Source of the DNA: an archaeon
GTDB taxonomy: Archaea > Nanobdellota > Nanobdellia > Woesearchaeales > JAADFO01
Length of the DNA stretch: 64,000 nucleotides
Direction: 5' to 3'
NCBI GenBank assembly: GCA_043817075.1
Contig: JBDRHG010000005.1
Location: 3,120-67,119 of the forward strand
Below, in pieces: positions 50,443 to 58,941 of this stretch; within the stretch, counting starts at the first letter, position 1, and every line of letters begins with the position of its first letter. Below the pieces are notes generated by a model. That model saw only the letters and a list, made by a program, of their open reading frames with translations. It ran no database searches and was not told the origin of the DNA. Position numbers and translations under genes: made by a program.

Positions 50443-52245
50443 TCAGTATTTGTTCTTCAGTTCCAGCATGGGGTAAATGCCCAGGCTCTTGAGCTCGTCA
50501 AGGAATAGCTTGAAAGCGTAGCTGATCTCGACCATGCTCATCTCGGCGTCCTCGCCATGTATTGGCGAGACCATCCTCTTCTTGCGCGCGTCGAAATGGC
50601 CGATGAGGCCTGATTTCTCGCACACAGGCACGGCGACCCTGTCCGAATCGAACCGCTCCTTCAGGAGCAATGAGGCGCCGTGCGCGATGAAGGTATCCTT
50701 TTCCATCTCACCGAGACGGAGACCGCCCTCTTTGGCGCGGCCTTCGGTCGGCTGTCGGGTGAGCAGCTGGATGGGTCCCCGCGCGCGGGAATGCATCTTG
50801 TTGTCCACCATATGCTTGAGTTTGAGATAGTACATGTTGCCGATGAAGATCTTGGCATGGTATTTCTTGCCGGTCACTCCGTCGTAGAGAGTCTCGACCC
50901 CGTTGTCACGGAAGCCCAGCTCTTTGAGCTGGGAACGTAAGGTCTCCTCGGATTCACCTATAAAAGTGGTTCCGTCGACCCTCTTGCCTCGCATCGCTCC
51001 GGTCTTACCGGCCATGAGCTCGATGAGATGAGAGATTGTCATACGGGACGGGATGCCGTGGGGTGAGAAGATGAGATCAGGGATAGTGCCTGAGGAAGAG
51101 AACGGCATGTCCGATTGCGGGACAGTCAGCGCGACGACGCCTTTCTGTCCGTGACGGCTCGTGAACTTGTCGCCGATCTCAGGGATCCTCGTGTCACGGA
51201 TCTTGACCTGGACAAGCTTGTTGCCCTCTTCGTTCTCGGTGAGGAGGACGAAATCGATGACGCCCTTCTGGCCATGCTTCATGCCGACCGAGCTCTCGCG
51301 CCTCGTGCTCGAGGCGAGGTTGTACTCGTCCGCACCAGACAGGAAGCGCGGCGGCGATGTCTTTCCGATGACGACATCTCCTTCCTTGACTTTCGCTTCG
51401 GGGTAAATGATGCCATCCCCATTGAGGAGTCGGTAGTCGTTCTCGCTCTTGTAGCCTTTGACGTCCTTGTCCGGGATGCTGATCTCGTCGATGAGGCCGC
51501 CTGAATAGCGGAGCTCTTCTGCGATGGCGGGACGGAAATAGGTGGATCGGCCCAAGCCACGTTGGATTGAGCTATGGTTCATGACGATGGCGTCCTCCAT
51601 GTTGTAGCCGCCATAGGCCATGATCGCCACGATGAGATTCTGTCCTGCAGGATGGCGGTCATCGTTGGAGATCTCATGCATCACGGTCCCGACGATGGGC
51701 CTGTGCGGCGTATGCAGCACATTGACGTCCATGTCGAGTCTGAGAGGGTAGTTAGAGGCATAGAACCCCAGCGCCTGCTTCTGGTTCTTGGAACCAGCAT
51801 TGAGACGCGTGCTCTGGTTGAAGTTCCCGTACGGTACGAGCGATGTGCACAGACCCATGATATCGAAAGGTGCGACCTCCAGATGAGTATGCGAGGGTGT
51901 GAGCTCGGCCTCGGTGAACGCGACATAGGTGTTCTCCTCTTCGGCGGCGTCGAGGTATTCCACGATGCCCTGGCGGACAAGATCGTTCCAGGTGATCTCT
52001 TTTCGATCGAGCTGGTGGATATGACTATCGGTGAGCAGGGACTTGCCTTCCCGGACTACGATGAGCGGTCTTCGGGAGCGTCCCTTCGAGGTCTCTATCT
52101 TGAGCTCGTCGTTCTCGCTGTCATAAAGGACATTGAGATTGGCGGTGATCTTGCCTTTTCGTCGCTCAGCGACGAGTCGCTCGCGGTATTCCTGCGGATC
52201 CTTGACCGAACCGACAAATTTTCCGTTGAGATAGCAGTCTGCCAT
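50443..52245 (-). CDS. rpoB1: DNA-directed RNA polymerase subunit B' (C-terminal part of split RpoB)
   Basis: 600 aa. It has the GDKFTSRHGQKG motif and a C-terminal Zn ribbon. Confidence 0.9.
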   Translation of the reverse strand: MADCYLNGKFVGSVKDPQEYRERLVAERRKGKITANLNVLYDSENDELKIETSKGRSRRPLIVVREGKSLLTDSHIHQLDRKEITWNDLVRQGIVEYLDAAEEENTYVAFTEAELTPSHTHLEVAPFDIMGLCTSLVPYGNFNQSTRLNAGSKNQKQALGFYASNYPLRLDMDVNVLHTPHRPIVGTVMHEISNDDRHPAGQNLIVAIMAYGGYNMEDAIVMNHSSIQRGLGRSTYFRPAIAEELRYSGGLIDEISIPDKDVKGYKSENDYRLLNGDGIIYPEAKVKEGDVVIGKTSPPRFLSGADEYNLASSTRRESSVGMKHGQKGVIDFVLLTENEEGNKLVQVKIRDTRIPEIGDKFTSRHGQKGVVALTVPQSDMPFSSSGTIPDLIFSPHGIPSRMTISHLIELMAGKTGAMRGKRVDGTTFIGESEETLRSQLKELGFRDNGVETLYDGVTGKKYHAKIFIGNMYYLKLKHMVDNKMHSRARGPIQLLTRQPTEGRAKEGGLRLGEMEKDTFIAHGASLLLKERFDSDRVAVPVCEKSGLIGHFDARKKRMVSPIHGEDAEMSMVEISYAFKLFLDELKSLGIYPMLELKNKY

Positions 52246-52259
52246 TGATAGTCACCTAG

Positions 52260-53750
52260 TTATATGGACCTCAGGCCCATGAGTTTCATTGACTTGAGTA
52301 TCTCTTCCTCGTCGACCTCTGAAGAGATAGAGGTGAGGAGCGAGAGGTTCTTTCTCAGTCCGATATTAGTTCCCTCTGGCGTCTCGATAGGACAGAGACG
52401 ACCGAGATGTGTCGGGTGCAATTCCCTGGCCTCGAAGTTCTCCTGGGTCGCCGATAGCGGGGAGACGACACGCTGAAGATGGGAGAGCGTCTCGAGGAAA
52501 TTGAGTCGCTGTATGCGTTGGCTGATACCCTTGCGGCCACCGACCCAGTTGCCGGTCGCCATAGAACTGTAGATGCGAGACGTCAACAGCTTGTCGCGGA
52601 TAACGACCTTGATCGATGGGAATTTTCCTCGTTTGACGATGCGCTGGAAATTGTACAGCAGATCTCCGATCAGCACCTTCAGGTTGACCCTGAAGAGATC
52701 GGACAGCAGATCGCCGGAGAGCTTGAGCCTTTTGTTCATGTAATGATCCTTGTCGTCTACCGGCAATTCGTCGGATGATACCCTGATGAATTTCTTGAGC
52801 ATCTTGCAAAGGTTCTGCGCCTTTATCAGCCGAATCTCTTCGGTGGTGCCGATATGGGGTAGGAGATACTTATCGATGATCTCTCGGATGCGCTCGAGTC
52901 GGATCTCTTTGGACTGGGTTATGCCGACCTTCTTGGCGATGTAGTCAAGGGCATCCTCTTCGTTCTTGATGCTGGCGAACTCGTAGAGGTTGATCACGAT
53001 CTTGTCCTGCTGGCTCGGAAGATCAATCAGCTTTACGATGTCTATGTCCTTGGTCAGGCCAAGCGCCTTGAGCACCACGAAGAGCGGGATGCGCTGCACC
53101 CTGGTGAACGTCAGGTAATATATGCCGTCCTTCATGATCTCGAAGGTGTGCGGAATCTTGAACGAGCCACGTTCGGAGAAGAGCCGGCCGGTGTGCGGCG
53201 AGACGCCGCTCGACGCTTTCTCGACGAGGAACTTGTTCGATGCGAGATCCTCAATCGTGACCAGCACCTTCTCGGTGCCGTTGATGATGAAGTAGCCACC
53301 GGGGTCGTAGGGGTCTTCGCCATGCTTGACGAGCTCATCCTTGGACATGCCATGGAGATGGCAGAACTTGGACTTGAGCATGATGGGCAGGCTGCCGATC
53401 TGGGTGACGAATGACTCACGCTGCACGCCATTGATATGCGCGGAGATCTCGATGAAGACCGGCGCTGCATAGGTCGTGTTGCGAAGGCGCGCCTCGATGG
53501 GGAAGATGTCCCGTTTCGATCCGTCGGCCTCGGTGATCTCGGGCTTGATGACCCAGATCTTATCGAGGCGGATCTTGAACTCATCGATGTTATGCGGGAT
53601 GATGGTGGGCTCGATGATCCGATTCTCCTCGATGATATGGTTGAGCTCATTATCGACGAAATAGTTGAAGGACTCGATGTTAGAGTCGACGAAGCCCTGT
53701 TCCTCGAAATGCCGGGCCATGAGAATCTTGTATTTTGTGTTCTGCTCCAT
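52260..53750 (-). CDS. rpoB2: DNA-directed RNA polymerase subunit B'' (N-terminal part of split RpoB)
   Basis: 496 aa, homologous to the Rpb2 N-terminal protrusion and lobe domains. Confidence 0.9.
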   Translation of the reverse strand: MEQNTKYKILMARHFEEQGFVDSNIESFNYFVDNELNHIIEENRIIEPTIIPHNIDEFKIRLDKIWVIKPEITEADGSKRDIFPIEARLRNTTYAAPVFIEISAHINGVQRESFVTQIGSLPIMLKSKFCHLHGMSKDELVKHGEDPYDPGGYFIINGTEKVLVTIEDLASNKFLVEKASSGVSPHTGRLFSERGSFKIPHTFEIMKDGIYYLTFTRVQRIPLFVVLKALGLTKDIDIVKLIDLPSQQDKIVINLYEFASIKNEEDALDYIAKKVGITQSKEIRLERIREIIDKYLLPHIGTTEEIRLIKAQNLCKMLKKFIRVSSDELPVDDKDHYMNKRLKLSGDLLSDLFRVNLKVLIGDLLYNFQRIVKRGKFPSIKVVIRDKLLTSRIYSSMATGNWVGGRKGISQRIQRLNFLETLSHLQRVVSPLSATQENFEARELHPTHLGRLCPIETPEGTNIGLRKNLSLLTSISSEVDEEEILKSMKLMGLRSI

Positions 53751-53765
53751 GATGAACCAACCTCT

Positions 53766-54032
53766 CTACACGACGGAACGATAATAGGTCGCATGACCAG
53801 CAGTCATGCTGGTCCTCGATATCTTGATGACGTCGCCCACTACGACCTCGAGATGCCTGATCGCAGGATCATTGGCGGATATCTTAGGCAATTCGACGAT
53901 GCTGATATGGTAACGTTCGAACAGGGTCTTCTTCTCGCGGTCAGAAACCTTCTCGTGTTTGGGCACCAAGTCGTGAGAAATGGGTTTTGTATCCTCGGTC
54001 TTTGATGATTCTTTCTTGGACACTTTGGGCAC
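53766..54032 (-). CDS. rpoH: DNA-directed RNA polymerase subunit H (Rpb5 C-terminal homolog)
   Basis: 88 aa. Its C-terminal segment is HDLVPKHEKVSDREKKTLFERYHISIVELPKISANDPAIRHLEVVVGDVIKISR. It is first in the rpoH-B-A cluster. Confidence 0.8.
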   Translation of the reverse strand: MPKVSKKESSKTEDTKPISHDLVPKHEKVSDREKKTLFERYHISIVELPKISANDPAIRHLEVVVGDVIKISRTSMTAGHATYYRSVV

Positions 54033-54085
54033 AGTGGACGCCTCCTCGATTAAACGATGCTATCGGTGCGGCTTTGTTTCGCCTT

Positions 54086-54181
54086 TGAATAGGATGGGCC
54101 GGACGAGACTTCCGAGGCACTAAGTGCCTGTTCGAACTCGCGACCACATGGTTAAAAGCCATGTGCTCTACCAGGCTGAGC
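54086..54181 (-). tRNA. tRNA-Lys (anticodon UUU) with a ~22-nt non-canonical intron in the T-loop (position ~59/60)
   Basis: The manual fold gives acceptor GGGCCGG/CCGGCCC, D-arm GCTC-AGCCTGGTA-GAGC, anticodon arm CATGG-CTTTTAA-CCATG and T-stem GCGAG/CTCGT. A 29-nt T-loop contains the insert CAGGCACTTAGTGCCTCGGAAG, which forms a hairpin. Confidence 0.6.
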
Positions 54182-54278
54182 TACCGGCCCATCGACAGGG
54201 CCGTCTTGCGACGACGCTGATCGGGATGTGGTGAGTGACCGCAGGACGCACCATACGCTGCGATCCATGAATGAAAGC

Positions 54279-54353
54279 CGCCCTGGCCGGGATTCGAACC
54301 CGGGTCTTTGCCTCGACAGGGCAAAATGATAGGCCGAGCTACACTACCAGGGC
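54279..54353 (-). tRNA. tRNA-Asp (anticodon GUC)
   Basis: The acceptor is GCCCTGG/CCAGGGC, the anticodon arm is TTGCC-CTGTCGA-GGCAA and the T-arm is CCCGG-GTTCGAAT-CCCGG. It is 75 nt with no encoded CCA. Confidence 0.8.
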
Positions 54354-54728
54354 AAGGGGATTTGAGGCAATCCGCTATTCTGATATCTAAGTCCAGGCAA
54401 AGTTGCGCCAATGGTCACAGGATAGAATACCGCCTCATGCATACCCCGTCGGCTAATTTCAGACCCTTTATAAATTTTACTATTTTTAGGTGATTTTCCC
54501 AATCCCACGAAATCTGAGCTCGAGTCATTGATCAGAGACTATTATCGGCGCCGTTCGACGGATCAGGCTCAGATCAGCCGAAACGCTCGAAATGGACAAT
54601 CTAATCAAAGCCCCTCCGATCGAGACGCCATCGAACGACATCCTCATATGCTTGCCCCCGCAACGTCAAAGCTGCGAATTATGTAGAATATTATGATAAA
54701 GCGACTGTCCGTCTTTAAGAAGATTATG

Positions 54729-54854
54729 AATCCCCCCTCCCAGATTTGAACCGGGGACCTTTCGGTGTCAGCTGTCTGCAATTCATTCCTACTGCCCATG
54801 GCAGGTGGTCGAGCAGAATCTACAGCCGAACGCTCTAGCCGCTGAGCTAAGGGG
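54729..54854 (-). tRNA. tRNA-Tyr (anticodon GUA) with a canonical ~50-nt intron 3' of the anticodon
   Basis: It has the C1-G72 acceptor pair (archaeal Tyr identity) in CCCCCCT/AGGGGGG. The D-arm is GCTC-AGCGGCTA-GAGC and the anticodon stem is TTCGG/CCGAA. The loop is CTGTAGA followed by a long insert. A TATA-like ttatatata box lies about 30 nt upstream. Confidence 0.75.
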
Positions 54855-55203
54855 GGCTTTTAATGCCATCGGGACAACTATGGACAATATATATAACTTT
54901 CGCTTGACATGCGATAGGTCGTGATTCGGGTCGACACCACCACCTCAGCCCGTCACCTGCAAGACCCATATGTCCATCACCCATTCATATCACCGAAACA
55001 TACCGTATCTACTCCAGAGTAAAAAATCAACGAAATATTTAAATACAAGGTGTGCATTCCCAAAATACGGTATAGGCACGTTTGAACAGTAAATATGCAG
55101 AAAAAAGGGGTTCTCTAGAATTTGCGCGCCCCTTTGGGGCAGCGCGATTGGTTAAAATTATCAGGATCACATTAACTGGTACCGGGTTCGGAGGCAACAA
55201 AAA

Positions 55204-56016
55204 ATGATTGTTGAAAAGAGCTTTCTTAACAAGCTTAAAGCCCTTGGTCTCAACAGCTATGAGGCTAAGATTTGGACGGCGCTTCTCTCGAGGGGGATTT
55301 CATCCGCAGGTGAGCTTTCTGACATCTCGAATGTCCCACGCTCAAGGAGCTACGATGTTCTCGAGAATCTAGAGAAGAAAGGATTCATCATCATGAAGCT
55401 TGGCAAACCCATCAAGTATATCGCCCTAAAGCCCATGGACGTGCTTGAGCGTGTCAAGAAAAAGATCAAAGAAGAAGCCTTCCAAGAGGCCGCCTCGATC
55501 GAACGCCTCCGAGAGAGCGACATCCTGGATGAGCTGAATCTTCTTTACAACCAAGGTGTCGAAGTCGTCGACCCCACAGACCTCACCGGCAGCCTCAAGT
55601 CACGTGGCCATCTGTACTCCCAGCTCAATTCGTTGATCAAGAGCGCAGAGAGCAGCATCGCCATCATGACGACGAGCAAAGGCCTGATCAGGAAGGTCGA
55701 TTATTTCAAGAGCGCCTTGGAGAAGGCCAAGGAACGCGGCGTGAGCATCTCGATCGCAGCACCCGTGACCAAGGACGCCGAGAAGTCCGCGGCGACGCTT
55801 GAAGGCATCGCCGAGGTTCGTCACGTCGATGATGTGCGCGCACGCTTCGTCATCGTCGACAACAAGGAAGTCGTCTTCATGCTGCTCGACGACCAGGTCG
55901 ACCCCACCTACGATATGGGTGTTTGGGTCAACGCGTTGTTCTTCGCCAAAGCGCTGCAGGGCCTCTTCAATACAGCATGGGCCACCGGCAAGATCAAGGT
56001 CGCAGTCAAGAATTAA
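55204..56016 (+). CDS. TrmB-family transcriptional regulator
   Basis: 270 aa. It has an N-terminal TrmB HTH (LNKLKALGLNSYEAKIWTALLSRGISSAGELS ... SYDVLENLEKKGFI) and a C-terminal effector-binding domain. Confidence 0.8.
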   Translation: MIVEKSFLNKLKALGLNSYEAKIWTALLSRGISSAGELSDISNVPRSRSYDVLENLEKKGFIIMKLGKPIKYIALKPMDVLERVKKKIKEEAFQEAASIERLRESDILDELNLLYNQGVEVVDPTDLTGSLKSRGHLYSQLNSLIKSAESSIAIMTTSKGLIRKVDYFKSALEKAKERGVSISIAAPVTKDAEKSAATLEGIAEVRHVDDVRARFVIVDNKEVVFMLLDDQVDPTYDMGVWVNALFFAKALQGLFNTAWATGKIKVAVKN

Positions 56017-56131
56017 AGAAATTTTATTTTATCTCTTCTTTTCTCCTTTCCTCAAAACTCCTTTCCTCAAAAATCATAGTCGGGAGACTTCACTCTCAGA
56101 CTCTCATTTTTTCATAGCGAACCGAACAAGA

Positions 56132-57598
56132 CTACTGACGCAACACGTAAGAATTCGACACCCTGATCGACTTGTTGCCGTTGGGCTTGACGAACTTGAC
56201 ATAAGACGATGGCAACGTCAATCCGCCGACGATGGACAGCTTGGAGTTGATCTTGTATGTGACGATGCGCTCCTCATACCCTTCCAACGCGGCGATGTTC
56301 CAGATGATACGGGTCGCCTTGCTGCTCTTGCGCACGATCTTGTCCGGCTTGATGGTCCCCATCTTGAAATCTTTCTCCACTTCGATGATATGGGGTATCC
56401 TATCCACGAGCTTGATCTCGTCCACCGGCACTGCAGAACGGTTCTTGAGGAAGAGCGTGACTTTGATCTCAGTGATGCCATCCTCGTCGCCACGGACGAT
56501 GGCTGCAGTCTTGAAAAGCACGACGGGACTCCTGATCGCGAAGTAGATCACGATGATGGCGACGAGCACGAGGAAGATGATCAGCAGGGGCAAGTAGTTG
56601 CGTTTGATGGTTATGCGATGTCCTTCCATAGGATTGAGAACGACACTCCATGTGTAGACCTTGCCATCCGCGGATTCCTCAATCGATGCCTCGGGAGAGA
56701 TCTTGGCGAAGAGGCCATCGAGGAACAACGCCGGCTGGGTGAGCACTTGCATACCAGCGATATTCCCATCGTTGAACACTTCGAGCGTGATACGGGAGGT
56801 CAAGAACCCGCGCTCGGCAGATGGCTTCGTGACAAATGTCGAATAGGATTTGATCTCGTAGTCTTCCTTGTCTATCTGGAAGATATAGCTCTTGTTCTCT
56901 TCATCGATATAGATGACCTCGCCCCTGAGGCTGCGTTCCTGTGGTGGTATCTTGGGATCGAGGACAGTGGAGAACTGAATGATCCGTTCCTCGAGCGGTT
57001 TGAGTGTGAGTGTCTGGCTTTGGTCGATGCCTTCGCCATTGATGCTGACCCGGAGACCGGACAATTCGATAGGAACGAGGTTGCGTAGCAGAAGCTTGAC
57101 CTCGACAAGGTCCTTGGGATGGACGACTGATGGGACATCGAGCTCAGCAGTCAGCGACGGGACATACTTCATGTGTCCTGGAGTAGGATTCTTGATATCG
57201 ACCTCGATCTCTTCAGTGATCCGCTGCTCCTGGCGTTGCGCAGACAACGTCAGGCGCAGATTGTATATCCCCTGCTCGACATATAACGGTTTGAGATACA
57301 CCGTCACGGTCCTTTCCTTGTTGGGGAAGACCTCGACGACATAGTCCTTTCGGGGGATGGTATAGATGTCCCATGTCGCCGCATCCGGGCTGCTGATCTC
57401 GAAATTCTCGATGATATTGACATTGTTGGCGAATGTGATGTTGAAGACAGCAGTCTCATTAGGGTAGATATGGTATGTGACAGGCGTGACTTCGACATCG
57501 AAAGTGCTCACAGCCAAGAGTCCTGGCAAGCAGAGAATGAAGGATAACGCCGCTACTATTACCAATCTGCTGTGTTTCAGACCAACCACCATGCCCAT
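56132..57598 (-). CDS. hypothetical secreted/membrane-anchored protein
   Basis: 488 aa. It has an N-terminal signal peptide, a beta-rich ectodomain and a single C-proximal TM helix (LLIIFLVLVAIIVIYFAI). The long plus-strand ORF opposite is antisense. Confidence 0.5.
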   Translation of the reverse strand: MGMVVGLKHSRLVIVAALSFILCLPGLLAVSTFDVEVTPVTYHIYPNETAVFNITFANNVNIIENFEISSPDAATWDIYTIPRKDYVVEVFPNKERTVTVYLKPLYVEQGIYNLRLTLSAQRQEQRITEEIEVDIKNPTPGHMKYVPSLTAELDVPSVVHPKDLVEVKLLLRNLVPIELSGLRVSINGEGIDQSQTLTLKPLEERIIQFSTVLDPKIPPQERSLRGEVIYIDEENKSYIFQIDKEDYEIKSYSTFVTKPSAERGFLTSRITLEVFNDGNIAGMQVLTQPALFLDGLFAKISPEASIEESADGKVYTWSVVLNPMEGHRITIKRNYLPLLIIFLVLVAIIVIYFAIRSPVVLFKTAAIVRGDEDGITEIKVTLFLKNRSAVPVDEIKLVDRIPHIIEVEKDFKMGTIKPDKIVRKSSKATRIIWNIAALEGYEERIVTYKINSKLSIVGGLTLPSSYVKFVKPNGNKSIRVSNSYVLRQ

Positions 57599-57766
57599 CT
57601 CCCGTGTCGCAGGTATAAATATTTTATGTTTTGAAGCCCAGGATTAAACGTTGGCGTCATCGCACAAGGACAGTACAGAAAAAATCGGAAGGAAGACTAG
57701 GAGAACTAGGAGAACAAGTAGAAGAACAGAGATAAGCGCAAGAACAAGAAGAGTCGCAGACCAGGA

Positions 57767-58183
57767 TCACTCCTGTTGACCAGTATCAAGATATCGGTCC
57801 ACTTCCCTCGCCACGACCTTGAGGTCACGCGTCATACGCTCGATGTCGCTCCGGACCTCATCGACGAGGTCTTCAAGATGGCCGACGCGCAGCTCATACC
57901 GATTCTTATGGGTGGTGGCGATGCCTGCTTCGATGAGCTTATTGAGATGGTGGATAGCGGTGCCGCGGGTCAGGCCTAGGCTGTCAGATATATTATCGCT
58001 CGAGACCGACCTGTTCTGTTTGGCGGCCTTGACCAGCTCGATGAATATGCGGAAGCACGACCTGTCCTTATCACGCAATCCGAAGAGACCGAGAGAAAGC
58101 CCGAGCCAGCGGAGCTTGTCGTTGATGTTGTCTGTGCGCGGACGCTGGACACGTATGAGCGTGATCTTGTAAAGATCGAACAT
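57767..58183 (-). CDS. winged-helix transcriptional regulator, divergent from grpE (candidate heat-shock repressor)
   Basis: 138 aa. It has a wHTH (TAIHHLNKLIEAGIATTHKNRYELRV). An inverted-repeat operator-like motif lies in the intergenic region shared with grpE. Confidence 0.5.
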   Translation of the reverse strand: MFDLYKITLIRVQRPRTDNINDKLRWLGLSLGLFGLRDKDRSCFRIFIELVKAAKQNRSVSSDNISDSLGLTRGTAIHHLNKLIEAGIATTHKNRYELRVGHLEDLVDEVRSDIERMTRDLKVVAREVDRYLDTGQQE

Positions 58184-58255
58184 ACCCTATGATGAACAAC
58201 ACCCATATAAATAGTTTATCCGAAAGGTTTATATAGGAGTGTTGATTTGAGACAG

Positions 58256-58279
58256 TGATTGTTGACTTAACGTCAACAA
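58256..58279. promoter_or_regulatory. inverted-repeat motif TGATTGTTGAC-TTAAC-GTCAACAA between the divergent wHTH regulator gene and grpE (candidate heat-shock operator)
   Basis: It is an 8-bp perfect inverted repeat 21 nt upstream of the grpE ATG. It is flanked by TATA-like elements on both strands. Confidence 0.5.
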
Positions 58280-58310
58280 AAATCAGTTAAAGACATCGCG
58301 TGACAAAACA

Positions 58311-58892
58311 ATGAGCCACTCCAAAGACAAGGGGAAACACAAGGATGAAGAATCATCCAAACACAAAGAAGAATCATCCAAACACAAAGAAGAAGACGAG
58401 AGCCACGCCGAGGACCGCATCGCAGAGTTGAAAGAGACGCTCCAACGTGTCCAGGCGGAATTCGAGAACTACAAGAAACGGCAGGAGAGGGATGCGGCGA
58501 CGACCTTCATGATGGCCAACGCCAAGCTGATCAAAGAACTCTTACCCATCGTCGACAGCCTTGCGGCATCAGCGTCTACGACCGGAGACAAAGGCATGCA
58601 GGCGCTCTATGACCAGTTCATGGGCACGCTACGCACCGAGGGACTCGAGGAGATGCCATGCATCGGCAAAGAATTCGATCCGTATTTGCATGAGGCATTA
58701 CAGGTCGAAGAGAAAGACGACGTCCAGGACGCAGAGGACGGTAGGATCACAGAGGAATACCAGAAGGGATTCCTCTTCAAAGGCGCGGTGCTCAGGCATG
58801 CACGCGTCAAGGTCATCAAGATCATCAAGAAAAAGATACCGACGGAAGGGAAGGCAGACAAAAACCCTGCGAATCCGACTGAAAGAGAATAG
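58311..58892 (+). CDS. grpE: nucleotide exchange factor GrpE
   Basis: 193 aa. It has an N-terminal K/E-rich tail, a coiled-coil and a GrpE beta-sheet domain (YQKGFLFKGAVLRHARVKV). Confidence 0.85.
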   Translation: MSHSKDKGKHKDEESSKHKEESSKHKEEDESHAEDRIAELKETLQRVQAEFENYKKRQERDAATTFMMANAKLIKELLPIVDSLAASASTTGDKGMQALYDQFMGTLRTEGLEEMPCIGKEFDPYLHEALQVEEKDDVQDAEDGRITEEYQKGFLFKGAVLRHARVKVIKIIKKKIPTEGKADKNPANPTERE

Positions 58893-58941
58893 ATAGGACA
58901 AACCAGAAAAAAATCAACCAACAGACATGGAGGGATGAAAA

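Noticed and set aside
55799-57088. 429-aa plus-strand ORF
   Set aside because: It overlaps the 3' end of the TrmB gene and is fully antisense to the well-supported secreted protein gene at 56132-57598. It has low-complexity composition.
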